This document shows, piece by piece, positions 1-12,135 of a stretch of DNA of 64,000 nt. Within the stretch, counting starts at the first letter, position 1; every line of letters starts with the position of its first letter. Made by a program: the position numbers and the translations under genes. Source of the DNA: Octopus sinensis (taxonomy: Eukaryota); the NCBI RefSeq assembly GCF_006345805.1, contig NC_043015.1, positions 18,228,001-18,292,000 on the forward strand. Direction: 5' to 3'. The notes below the pieces were generated by a model. The model searched no databases. It had not been told where the DNA came from and saw only the letters and a list, made by a program, of their open reading frames with translations.

Positions 1-85
1 ACATATATATGTATATATATATACATATATATACATACATATATGTATATATTATATATATATATGTATATATACATACATATAG

Positions 86-117
<32 letters not shown>

Positions 118-191
118 CATATATGTATATATATATATATATGTATATATATATACATATATATATTTGTATATATACATATATATGTATA
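1..191. repeat. (TA)n/(TATG)n compound microsatellite
   Basis: Almost pure TA/TATG/TACA units; source of spurious IY ORF 9..212. Confidence 0.95.
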
Positions 192-715
192 TATATGTAT
201 CAAATGAAATAAAAATAGAACACAAAGGATGTTTCGAGCTTTATAAAGCAACTTATTCTTACATCAATGTATAATCGACATAACAGATAGTTTAAAGCCC
301 TCTTCAGCCACATGCAATTGCTACACCAAAGACTTGTATCGCATTATGAAAGGTCTGAGAAAGAACATTTGGTATTCTTTATAATGGTAGGTAAATTGGA
401 GTGAGAAAACGGTATGGACGGTTTTTTGGAGTCCAATAATACCCTGTACACCTATTTGATTATGAAGATTTACAAACATACCTTCTCAGTGATACTCAAT
501 TTACCTACTATTATAAATAATACCAAATGTTCTTTCTCAGACCTTTCATAATGTGATACAAGTCTTTGGTGTAGCAATTGCATGCGGCTGAAGAGGGCTT
601 TAAACTGTTATGTCGATTATACATTGATGTAAGAATAAGTTGTTTTATAAAGCTCGAAACATGTGTATCACAACATCCTTTGTGTTCTGTTTTTTATTTC
701 ATTTGATACATATAT
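192..715. mobile_element. Foldback (inverted-repeat) element, probably derived from a Penelope-like pseudo-LTR
   Basis: Arm ~192-402 is the reverse complement of arm ~494-715 (e.g. cacaaaggatgtttcgagctttataaag vs ttttataaagctcgaaacat...cctttgtg). Right arm carries an HHR motif. Confidence 0.75.
583..672 (+). ncRNA. Minimal type-I hammerhead ribozyme motif with enlarged stem II loop
   Basis: TGCGG-CTGAAGA(588-594)-GGGCTTTA...TAAAGCTC-GAAAC(656-660)-ATGT-GTA-TCACA; 8-bp stem II; palindromic ACATGT in stem III; stem I has one mismatch that is paired (TGTGG) in the mirror arm. Confidence 0.65.
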
Positions 716-781
716 CTTTTCACCTCTGCTACTAGCTGGCATATACAGGTGCTTACACTTATCAAGTATTCACCCTGAATT

Positions 782-821
782 TTATGTATATATATATGTA
801 TATATACATATATATATGTGC

Positions 822-853
<32 letters not shown>

Positions 854-1016
854 GTATGTATATTTATGTATATATATATGTATATATATATACGTATGTA
901 TATTTATGTATATATATATACGTATGTATATTTATGTATATATATATATGTATATATTATATATATGTATATTATATATATATATATATGTATATATATT
1001 TATGTATATATATATG

Positions 1017-1048
<32 letters not shown>

Positions 1049-1055
1049 TATTATG

Positions 1056-1086
<31 letters not shown>

Positions 1087-1172
1087 TATATATATTATAT
1101 ATGTATATATATATATATATATATAATATATATATATATATGTATTATATATATAGATATATATATATATAG

Positions 1173-1207
<35 letters not shown>

Positions 1208-1212
1208 TGTAT

Positions 1213-1276
<64 letters not shown>
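782..1276. repeat. (TA)n-rich microsatellite
   Basis: TA/TATG runs; source of spurious IY ORFs. Confidence 0.95.
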
Positions 1277-1862
1277 GTCAGGTCACTTTCGAGTGCTACT
1301 GGTAACATGTAACCTAGTATAACCTGTTGCATGGTCGGGTCGCCAGCAACATCCCTGAGCCTACGACTCATATTGGCACCAGACATCTTGCTCCGGCTTG
1401 TCTCTGGATAATGTCAATAAAGTGGAGAGGGTCTATGAGGTGTTGTGCAAGCCTTATTGGACCTAAAACTCTGCACAGGCATTGCCGGCCTCTGCTCGAT
1501 ATGTGCTTTTTTTTATTCTATATATATTTATCTTATTTTGAGTATATATTTTTATTTATTTGTTTATTTATTTATTTATTTATTTTTTATTCGGAAGTCC
1601 TGAAGCGATGGGAAGGTGGTGAAGCATGCAGACCCGATGGGTTGGAAGCATGTAGTCAGCGACCTGCATGTAGGCGGCCCATGCTAGATATAAAGTCATC
1701 TCCTTGTCGCCCAAGACAGCGGTAGGATTCGGTTGCTGCATGGGTGTCTGAGCAGCTCCATTTGGAGAGGGCACTGCTCACCTGGAGACTGGGGAGGTTC
1801 TAGAAAAGTGAACCAAAAATTGCCTGTCTTTCCATATCTGGTCAGTTTAGCGCGACTGACGG

Positions 1863-2672
1863 ATGTCCACCCTGCACTCAAAAAACAAAGAGTCTAAAAA
1901 ATCTGGATGGAACTTAAACATTTCATGTTGGAATGTGCGCACTCTGTTGGACAACAAGAGTGATTGCAGGCCTGAAAGACGCACTGCACTTGTTGCTCGT
2001 GAGCTGAACCGTTATAAAATTGATATAGCCACACTCTCAGAGACTCGTATAGAAGGTGATGGTCAGCTTGAGGAAGTAGGAGGTGGATACACCTTTTTTT
2101 GGAAAGTAAGGCAGAAGGAGGAGCGCAGAGAAGCTGGTGTTGGTTTTGCAGTCCGATCTGATATCCTTAAGAAGTTGGAAGAGCTCCCTGTTCCTATAAA
2201 TGAACGTATAATGACCCTACGGTTGCACTTGAAAGGTAAGCGGTTTGCTACTCTAATAAGTGCCTATGCACCTACTTTGACTAGCTGTGATGAAGATAAG
2301 ACAATCTTTTATACCCAGCTGAGAGCCATACTTAGAAAAATCCCCAATTCTGATAAAGTCATTCTACTGGGGGATTTTAATGCCAGAGTTGGAACAGACT
2401 GGCAAACATGGAGCTCTCTAGGATGTTTTGGAGTAGGGAAAATGAATAGCAATGGTCTCATGCTACTGAAGCTTTGCGAAGAACATGGATTTTACATTGC
2501 AAGCACTCATTTTGTGCACAAAGGTGATCACACAACAACATGGATGCATCCAAGGTCCAAAGTTTGGCACTTGCTGGATTATGTCATCATCCGCAAGTGC
2601 AACATTTATGACATTTGTAATGTCGAGTCCTTGCATGGATCAGAATGCTGGACAGACCACAGTCTGGTGTGA
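1863..2672 (+). pseudogene. RTE LINE ORF, APE endonuclease segment (premature stop)
   Basis: EEP motifs LSETR, GVGFAV, SAYAPT, ILLGDFNARVG, LLDYVI, WTDH; ends at in-frame TGA. Confidence 0.9.
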
Positions 2673-3275
2673 GCAAAGTTCCGAATGGTGATTAGGGCGA
2701 AAGAGAGAAGAGGACCAGTCAGCATTCCTCGCCGTCTAAATGTCCACAAGATATATGATGTTGTGGTTAGGAAAGAGCTTCAGACTCGCTTATCCAGCAT
2801 TGAAACTGCTGCAGCATGGGAAGATTTTCGAGACCAGGTTGTTCAATGTGCAGCCGAAACACTGGGGTATGTTACTGCCAGACACAGAGACTGGTTTGAT
2901 GAGAATGATGCTGAAATTCAACGACTATTAGTGGTAAAGCGCCATACCCACATTGTGTTGCTGCACAGAGAACTGTCTACTGTGCAGCGAAGTCTAGCAC
3001 TTGCCCACTATAACAATGTAAAATCACTACTGCAGCGATCTCTCAGGAAGATGCAGAACATTTGGTGGGAGGATCTTGCTCGTGATGTTCAGGCTGCTGC
3101 TGATGCAAATGACAGCAAGAAGCTTTACCATCTTATGAAGTGAGCTTATGGACCTAAGAGCTCCACATTAGCTCCTTTGCTTTTCAAGGAGTCTTCCACT
3201 CTGTTTACTTAATCAACAGAAATCACAGGTTGCTGGTTCGAACACTTCTCTGAACTCCTAACCCATGAATCAGTT

Positions 3276-4703
3276 GTGGATGAAACAGTGATTGATACTA
3301 TGAAACAAAGACCTATCATTGGCTCCTTAGACTCCTCGCCCTCAATAGATGAAGTAATGACATCAATAAGTAAATTGAATCTTGGTAGGGCACCTGGAAA
3401 GGATGGAATTTGTGCTGAGATCTTGCGATTTGGTGGTAATTGCATCACACAGTCCCTTCATAAGCTTATTAGTGCAGTCTGGAGGGATGGTGCAGTCCCT
3501 GAGGGCTGGAAGGATGCAATTATTCTTCCTCTATATAAAGGAAAAGGAGCCAGAACAATGTGTGGTAACTACAGAGGTATTGCTCTACTATCAGCTGCTG
3601 GCAAGGTTCTGGCAAATACTCTTCTTGCCCGTCTGAATGGGTGTCTCATAAATGATGTCCTATCTGAATCTCAATGTGGCTTCCGATCTGGTAGAGGGAC
3701 AATGGATATGATTTTCGCAGCAAGACAGATGCAGGAGAAGTGCTATGAACAGAATATGGATCTTGTCCAGGTATTCATTGATTTGACTAAGGCCTTTGAT
3801 ACTGTAAATAGGACCTTTCTATGGAAAATACTTGGCAAACTTGGATGTCCGGATCACTTTGTATCTATAATTAAATCATTTCATGATGGGATGGAGGCTT
3901 GGGTCAATGTTGGTGGTGCCATGGCGGGACCCATTCCTGCAGAGAATGGTGTCAAGCAGGGTGACATCCTTGCCCCAACTCTCTTTTCTTTGTACTTTGC
4001 TGCTACTTTTACTCATGCTTTTGCTAAGGTTAGTTCTCTGGGAATATATGTCAGATATCGATCTTCTGGACGCCTCTTTAATCTTCGCCAATTTGCTACC
4101 AATTCAAAGGTTTCCCAGTCTATTATTCGTGACCTCCTTTATGCAGATGACTGTGACTTAGTCACTCATACAGTGGATGACATGCAAATACTCATGAATT
4201 GCATTTCTGCTTCTTGCAGGGCATTTGGACTCAGCATTAGCCTGGACAAGACTGTTGTAATGTTCCAGCCTGCACCAGGATATCCATATATAGAACCATC
4301 TATCTTGGTTGAAGGAACAATTCTGAAGGTAGTAGACAAGTTTGTCTACCTGGGCAGCACACTCAGCCATTCTTGCTCTCTGGATGAGGAAATATCTTTC
4401 AGGTTGCAGAGAGCAACTAATTCCTTCCGGTCTCTTCAGTCTCGTGTCTGGTCCCAACATGGCATCGCAAGGAGAACAAAAGTTGCTGTGTACCATGCTT
4501 GTGTACTGACATCGCTTCTCTACTCATGTGAGACATGGACTCTGTACAAACGTCAGGTAAGGGTCCTTGAACGTTTTCATCAGAGATGTCTTAGACACAT
4601 TCTCAATGTTGGCTGGACCTCAAAAATTCCAGACACACAGATCCTGAGGACAGCTGATATCTTGAGTATTGAGGCGATGGTACACAAGCACCGGTTGCGT
4701 TAG
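3276..4703 (+). pseudogene. RTE LINE ORF, reverse transcriptase segment
   Basis: 475-aa ORF with non-LTR RT motifs including YADD; ends prematurely at TAG after HRLR. Confidence 0.92.
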
Positions 4704-5026
4704 ACTGGACACCTTATTAGAATGGAGGACAGAAGGATTCCTAAGCAGATGCTCTATGGAGAACTTGTGAATGGAAGGAGACTCCGTATCCAGCATGTAT
4801 CCAGCATGAAGAACTTAAGCAAGCTGCGCGAAAGCGCACGGCTCGTATAGTGAATGGGGAAAGCTTGGTCTGCAATGTTTGCAGTCGTGTATGCTTGTCA
4901 AGAGCAGGGCTCATTAGCCACCAACGGAGCCGCAAATGCAAAATATAAGTTGTCCTAGAGCGCACAATGTTCCTGAAGGTCGGCAATAGTCTTCCTCGGT
5001 CACAAGTGGACGGCCATCATCATATA

Positions 5027-5058
<32 letters not shown>

Positions 5059-5264
5059 AGTTCAGCAAAAATTTAGATTCGAATGAATATGGTACTTAAT
5101 TTAGATGCACCAGAATTTTGTATGGTGTTATCCATAAAAATTTGTGGGGTGATTATAATCAAAATAAGCAACAAGAATGACTCTGGTAATTTGGTACAAT
5201 TGTTTCGCACTACAACATTTTATTAAATGTTGTAAGTATTACAACAGATTTAAGATGCTGAGTG

Positions 5265-5298
<34 letters not shown>

Positions 5299-5388
5299 GG
5301 GAGAGTTTACGAAAAAAACAAAACACGAAGACAGGCGGTGTACAAAAGAAACAGATGTATTAGTATAACTCTCAGGAATAGAAAAAGT

Positions 5389-5424
5389 CTTTTACGTTTC
5401 GAACCTACGTTCTTCTACAGAAAG
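5389..5424 (-). ncRNA. Degenerate minimal hammerhead-like motif (PLE pLTR type)
   Basis: Minus strand CTTT-CTGTAGA-A-GAAC(GTAG)GTTC-GAAAC-GTA-AAAG; stems I and II pair, stem III is the ACGT palindrome, core has A6->U. Confidence 0.4.
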
Positions 5425-5563
5425 GGACACAGAAAAAACAAAGAGAAACAAGATGAGAAAAAAGGAGAGAAACCATAGTTGGGAGCAGTAGTCCAAGTGG
5501 CTGAGGACAAATGTCTTCCAAATGACCATCAGTGTCACCTATATATATATATATGTACATATA

Positions 5564-5638
<75 letters not shown>

Positions 5639-5652
5639 GTATATATATATAT

Positions 5653-6504
5653 GCAGGGAAGTTCCAAGCCTTGTGCTACCGGCACACAAAGGTAAACAAC
5701 ATGCAGACTGGATACACTGGCCCAGGAAGAATTGTAATTCCTGAGTCAATATCAGTGAGTGACCTGGGCATTGACATGAGCAATGATGCATCTTTCCAAG
5801 TGCATATTACTTATTTGGTAATAAAATGCAGACGGCTAGCTGGATGGATCCTCCGAACTTTCAGAACAAGGGAGAAGGAGACACAGATGGTCCTTTGGAA
5901 GACATTTGTCCTCAGCCACTTGGACTACTGCTCCCAACTATGGTCACTACACAATATAAAGTTAACAGCAGAACTCAAAGCAATTCAATGAAGCTACACT
6001 AAGAAGATCGTCTCAATGCAACATATCAGCTACTGGGAATGACTGAAAGTATTAAAACTCTTCTCCCTGGAGCGAAGGCGGGAGAGATATGCAGTGATAT
6101 ACATCTGGAAAATCCTGAAGGGTCTTGTCCCAAACTCTGGCATTGAAAGTTACCCTAACAGCAGAATGGGGTGCCACTGCATGGTGCCAAAGATCCCAAC
6201 ATCACCATCAAAATACAGGACCAGATACTGCAACAGCTTGGGTTTCAGAGGACCACAGTTCTTCAATATCCTTCCCAAATGCCTGAGATATCTGCATGGT
6301 GTGGATGTAGGTTTCTTTAAAACTAAACTAGATCTTGTCTTGTCAGGGGTCCCAGCTGAACCTACCTCTCGGCAGGAAACACAGATGTGGGCAGCGGCAT
6401 CGAACTCCCTTGTTGATCAAGTGGTTTCCAATACTAGTGTAGCTCAGTCAACAGTGGTGCTCCAGTATGGCCACAGCCTTCGGGCAGAAACAGTTTAAAG
6501 GATT

Positions 6505-6506
<2 letters not shown>
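5653..6506 (+). mobile_element. CR1/L2-type LINE 3' fragment, degraded
   Basis: DLGIDMS...CRRLAGWILRTFRTR...LDYCSQLWS; LFSLERRRERY; IYIWKIL; 3' tail ...cagaaacagtttaaaggattta. Confidence 0.85.
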
Positions 6507-6551
<45 letters not shown>

Positions 6552-6591
6552 GTGTATGTATATATAAATGTATGTATATATATGTATGTAT

Positions 6592-6627
<36 letters not shown>

Positions 6628-6631
<4 letters not shown>

Positions 6632-6791
6632 AAGTTCCAGGCCCTGCGCTACCAGCACACAAAGGTAAACAACATGCAGACCAGATACACTGGCCCGGGG
6701 AGAATTGCAATTCCTGTATATATATATATAAATCCTTAAAAATGTTTCAGCTGCAGGGGGCACTACCGTTGAATGTGCTACACTAGTATGT
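6628..6791. mobile_element. Short CR1 pieces: duplicate of the 5653 start (6628-6716,+) and inverted 3' tail (6729-6791,-)
   Basis: agggaagttccaggccctgcgctaccagcacacaaagg matches 5655ff; 6729-6791 is the reverse complement of the tail at ~11388-11462. Confidence 0.8.
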
Positions 6792-7139
6792 TGCACTGAC
6801 AAGAATTGTAGTATGTAATTTATTTAATTATTATTATAATGAATTGAATTTTTTCTATGTTTCTTACATGTTGGTGTTGCCATTCAAAATGATTGTATGC
6901 ATAGATGAAAATTTTATAAAAACTTTTAACTTCTCTCTATCTTTTATTGTTTGTTGAGTTTATATATGATACGTATTCTATAAATGCTCATAACACATCT
7001 TTTACTTGTAACATATTCATATTTTTAAAAAAAACAACTTACAATAGTAAGCTAACAATTTAATATGAAGAATCTTTATTAGAAAACTAACTTTGGACCC
7101 CCCACAACGTAAAAGGATGAAACTGAACTCAACTTTTCT

Positions 7140-7171
<32 letters not shown>

Positions 7172-7176
<5 letters not shown>

Positions 7177-7595
7177 TAGAAGAAATGAGATACTCAGAAA
7201 ATCGGATGGTTTATATTTACAGATATTTATTTGTATATTACATTTTTTATACATCATATAACTTAGATCATGTATTAGCGCTTTCTCCCATTCTAGTGGG
7301 GTTTTCAAATCAAAACTCATAAGAAATATATATATACATATATACGCCCACATACACATAGATACAGGTGTGTCTGTTTGATAGGAACTTTGCTTCACAG
7401 CCATGTGATTCTGGTCTTAGTCCCAATGTGTGACAATGAGTCCCAATGAGTTTTGATTTGAAAACCCCACTAGAATGGGAGAAAGCGCTAATACATGATC
7501 TAAGTTATATGATATATAAAAAATGTAATATACAAATAAATATCTGTAAATATAAACCATCCAATTTTCTGAGTACCTCATTTCTTCTAATATAT
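7172..7595. repeat. Inverted repeat, ~150-bp arms (7172-7320 / 7446-7595)
   Basis: ttctagtggggttttcaaatcaaaactcat vs atgagttttgatttgaaaaccccactagaa; spacer has microsatellite and a SINE head fragment. Confidence 0.9.
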
Positions 7596-7757
7596 AATAC
7601 CTGTACATCATCTCCAAACCTTCCAATATATATATATAAAACAAATATATATATATATATAGCATAAATATATACATATATATATATAAATATACACACA
7701 CACACACATATATATATACATATAAAGGATAAATATATATAACGTAAATATATATAT

Positions 7758-8700
7758 ATGGCAAACTGCCAAGCAAGCTGAAGGAGGGAATGATATGCCC
7801 AATCTATAAAGGGGGGAAGTAGAGCAGATGCCAAAAACTATAGGCCTATCTCTCTGACGTCACACATCAGCAAAGTCATGGAACGGATAGTCAGAGGGAA
7901 ACTTATTGCATTCCTTGATGAAAATAACTTGCTGAGTGATACCCAGCATGGTTTTTGACCAGATAGGAGCTACCTGACCCAGCTCTTACAACATTATTAC
8001 TGGGTGTTGAGGCAGTTACTCAACAAATCAAATGTGGATGTAATATACCTTGATTTTGCAAAAGATTTTGACAAGGTGGATCATGGTATGATATGCCACA
8101 AACTGCGTGACTTTGGCATAGCTGGAAAACTTGGAGTGTGGTTACATGACTTCCTGAAAGATAGGAGTCAGGCAGTAGTGGTTAATGGAGCCACCTCTAT
8201 GAACACACAAATAGTGAGTGGTGTTCCACAGGGCACTGTCTTGGGACCACTGCTTTTTATAGTGGCCCTCTCAGATATGCCCTCAAATGCCCGGATAGCC
8301 ACTCTGGCAAGCTATGCAGACGATACGAAAGTCTCGCAGAAAATACAGAACCCCAGCGATGTTGCACACATGCAGCAGGAGTTGGACTCAATTTACAGAT
8401 GGGCTGAGGATAATAATATGCAGTTTAATGCTGAAAAATTCCAGGCCCTGCGATACCAGCATCCAAAACTGAATATTAAACTTACAGGGTACACCGGTCC
8501 ACAGGGAATTTCAATCCCAGAGCCTAAGTCAGTGAGGGACTTGGGTATCAACATGAGTGAGGATACCTCTTTCCAAGTGCACATTACCAGGATGGCGACA
8601 AAGTGCAGACGACTGGCTGGACGGATCCTAAGAACACTCAGAACCAGAGATAAGGAAATCATGATGGTCCTCTGGTGGACATTCGTCCTCAGCCACCTGG
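7758..8700 (+). mobile_element. CR1/L2-type LINE RT fragment (same family as 5653-6506)
   Basis: NYRPISLTSHISKVMERIV, QHGF, VDVIYLDFAKDFDKVDHG, SGVPQGTVLGPLLF, YADDTK; 3' part resembles 5653ff. Confidence 0.9.
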
Positions 8701-8914
8701 ATTTGCAAGAGGTATATGTGGATGATTTCTGAAAACATTTGAACATAATTTTATCTGAGGTACAACATGAATCCACATTGTGGCAGGAAAGAAACAAAGC
8801 AATAAGTGCTCTGTCCATCTCATTGCTCCAGCAGAAACAGTTCCAGAATGAAAACCAGGAAGTGAGTGAAATAAAAACCAATCACACTAAAGGGCCTTTG
8901 ACTTACATAGAAAG

Positions 8915-9108
8915 CTCTCATGCTGGCACCACATAAAAAGGACCCAGAACATTCTGTAAAGTGATTGGCATTAGGAAGGGTGTTCAGCTGTAGTAACCAT
9001 ACCAAGACAGATGACTGAAGCTTGATGCAACACTCCATATTACCAGTTCATGTCAAACCATCCAACCCATACCAGCATGGAAGATAGACATTAAATGATG
9101 ATGATGAT
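8915..9108 (+). mobile_element. RTE-X-type LINE 3' tail fragment
   Basis: ggcattaggaagggtgttcagctgtag...ccaacccataccagcatggaagatagacattaaatgatgatgatgat; same tail as 13560-13712. Confidence 0.75.
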
Positions 9109-9124
9109 ATGTATCTCAACCAGA

Positions 9125-9398
9125 CCATCATATGTTGTTAAACATCACTGGTCACTTAGTATTTTGCAATGTTTTAGCTTTTGAATGATGCCGCTCACCT
9201 GGCTAAGTGAGCAAGCCAACATTCTTCCTGATTGCAATGCTAGTCTGTCGTAAGGTTATACATTTACAGCTGAGTGGACTAGAGTGATGTGAAGTGAAAT
9301 GTTTTGCTCAAGAAGGCAAAGCACAGTTGATCTAGTAATCAAAACCATTATCTCAGATCGCGACTGAATCACAACTAACCACTAGACTATATGCCTTC
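9125..9398 (-). mobile_element. tRNA-derived SINE, degraded
   Basis: Minus-strand tRNA-like head at right end (ctaaccactag), CORE-like body gctgagtggactagag, tail shared with SINE at 45075-45378. Confidence 0.6.
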
Positions 9399-9561
9399 AT
9401 TATATATATACAGGGTGCAGTAAATAAACTGTCATCTAAATTCTACAAAAATGAAAACTCCATTCTTCATCAAATGCTACATATTAGAGGAGGCTCTTAG
9501 TAATAACAGTGTAGCACAAAACGGCGGTGCATCAGCATGGCCACAGCTCTGAGCTGAAACT

Positions 9562-9620
<59 letters not shown>

Positions 9621-10289
9621 TATAACATAAATATATGTATTCAAGATGGCGCCGAACTAGCAAGTCGTGTAAATATACCTCTCTGAAAGTTTTGTAGAAC
9701 CTCCAAGAGATCGATGTTATCAGAAGTGAAGTGACCTGTACTGCAAATACAGTTGAAAAGTGCGACAAGTACACTATTTTTGAGAAGGATATTTTTGCTT
9801 TTGATGGTAGTATATGCAGCTACAAGGATAACCTATCCGATGCGAAGATATCAAAAATTGAACACGTGTTGCTGAAGCCACGTGATGCAAAGGGATATAC
9901 TAAGAAAGAAAAAAGTTGCCACTTTGTTTGCCCTACTAGCATTTCTTTTAGAAGCTACGTCCTGACATCTACAACTTGTTCAAAATATTAAAGTTGCAAG
10001 TTGTTCAAAACATAATTTTACTGCAACTACGGACATTGGGGCTCTGTTTTGTTTTATTTACAAAATGCAAGCAGCAATTTGTTCAAGATATTGAAAACAG
10101 GAACATTGAAGGTTGGTCTTTTTATATCTTTCTTCCTTCTAAAACAAAATGAAGGTAAGTGTTCTCTCAACCAGAAGGTAAGAAAATAATTATTTATTAA
10201 TAATTTATTGTATACTCATAGACAGTTCCGTCTGTAACACGTGTTTGTTTCTATATAAATATACGAGTTATATGTCCCTGATACAGTGT

Positions 10290-10930
10290 TTCCCCTTCTC
10301 TCAATCCTGTCTGTCTGTTTACCCTTCTGTGTGTAGTTTATGCTGGTGTACATATGTTTACAATTTCTACACGTCCATAACTATACAGCCCACTCTTGCT
10401 CTGTCTCACTTCTATTCTCTCTCCCACCCTGCTGATCTGCCTTACTCTTTCTCTCTCTGTCTTACCATTCTCCCCTTCTGACACCCTCATCTGTTTCTCC
10501 CTCCCTCAGACCCTCAATTCCGCTCTCATCACTCTCTCTCTCCCACCCTCTGCTGAACTTCCACTCGCTTTCTCTCTGTCTCTCCCCCTGCTTTCTCTCA
10601 GGTCAATCTCACCCCATCTCTGTCCCTCTTCTTCACTCACTCTCTCTTGTACCTCTATCCCACCCTCTCTTCTCTCCTTCTCAGGTCAATCCCCTTGTCT
10701 CTTTTCCTCTCTCTGTCCCTTTACTTTTTTCTCTCTACCACACCTCTATTCCGCTCTCTCTCCCTGCTGATCTGCCACTCTTTCTCTTTCCTCTCAGGTC
10801 AATCCCCCCCCCCCGGCTGATCTTCCACCCCCTTTCTCCCGTCCCACTTTTTTCTTCTCTTCTCTCCTCTCCCTCTCAGGTCAATCACCTTATCTTTCCT
10901 CTTCTCTCTGTTCCTCTATTTCACTCTCAC
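10290..10930. repeat. CT-rich degenerate minisatellite / low complexity
   Basis: Recurrent ctctcaggtcaatc and ctgctga(t/a)ct motifs in polypyrimidine background. Confidence 0.8.
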
Positions 10931-11218
10931 TGTATCTCAAGCAAAGATATCATGGAACTAGTCTGCAAAGGTTTTGCAATTGTTTGTCCGAGCCTGGATG
11001 ATTGCTGAAGGTGACTTCCCAAACAATATCATTGCAGCGGCACTTAAAAGTAATGATTTCTCCAGGACCACTGCCCAGAGAGAGCAAAAGAAACGCGAAT
11101 TCCTCCGTTCATATACTCTAATTACATGGACACACTAGACATCATCTTGGGAGAAGACTGTACAAGGGATGACAAAAAGGATGGAAAAAGCATCCAGGAC
11201 CCAACAAAAAACACAACT

Positions 11219-11462
11219 AAATGCCTGGGAGACCTGCATGGTGTGGATATGGGTTTCTTTAAAACTAAACTAGATCTCTTCTTGTCAGAGGTTCCAGATG
11301 AACCTACCTCTCAACAGGAAACACAGATGCGGGTAACAGCGTCAAACTCCCTTGTTGATCAAGTGCCACGTATCAGAGGTGGTTTCACATACTAGTGTAG
11401 CTCATTCAATGGTGGTGCCCCAGCATGGCTGCAGGCTTCAGGTTGAAACATTTTTAAGGATT
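11219..11462 (+). mobile_element. CR1-type LINE 3' tail
   Basis: KCLGDLHGVDMGFFKTKLDLFLSEVPDEPTS matches 6280-6506. Confidence 0.85.
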
Positions 11463-11784
11463 TATATATATATATATAACATAAATATATATATATATAT
11501 ATATAACATAAATATATATATATATATAACATAAACATATATATATAACAAATATATATATAACATATATATATATAAAGAATAAATATATATATATAAT
11601 ACATAAATATATATATATAACAAATATATATATAACATATATATATATAAAGAATAAATATATATATAATACATAAATATATATGTATAACATAAATATA
11701 TATTATATATATATATACATATATATATAATAACATAAATATTATATATATATATATACAATATATATATATAACATAAATATG

Positions 11785-11816
<32 letters not shown>

Positions 11817-11825
11817 ACATAAATA

Positions 11826-11857
<32 letters not shown>

Positions 11858-11924
11858 AACATAAATATGTATATATATATATATTATATATATAACATAA
11901 ATATGTATATATATAAAACATAAA

Positions 11925-11958
<34 letters not shown>

Positions 11959-12100
11959 ACATAAATATGTATATATATATATAAACATAAATATGTATAT
12001 ATATAAAACATAAATATATATAAAACATAAATATATATATATATATATAACATAAATATATAACAATATATATATATATATATAACATAAATATATAACA

Positions 12101-12135
<35 letters not shown>

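Larger units (their letters stand above)
1277..5023 (+). mobile_element. Near full-length RTE-clade (BovB-like) LINE, inactivated
   Basis: 5' UTR, APE endonuclease (WNVRTLLD...RRTALVARELNRYKIDIATLSETR), RT (NYRGIALLS, QCGFRSGRGT, FIDLTKAFDTV, GVKQGDILAPTLF, LLYADD), 3' end GGACGGCCATCATCAT; flanked by TA repeats. Confidence 0.93.

Noticed and set aside
9-1386. Long IY/YI-rich ORFs (also 5532, 6434-6802, 11392-12181, 17755-18188, 52097-52357)
   Set aside because: Translations of (TA)n/(TATG)n microsatellites; not genes.
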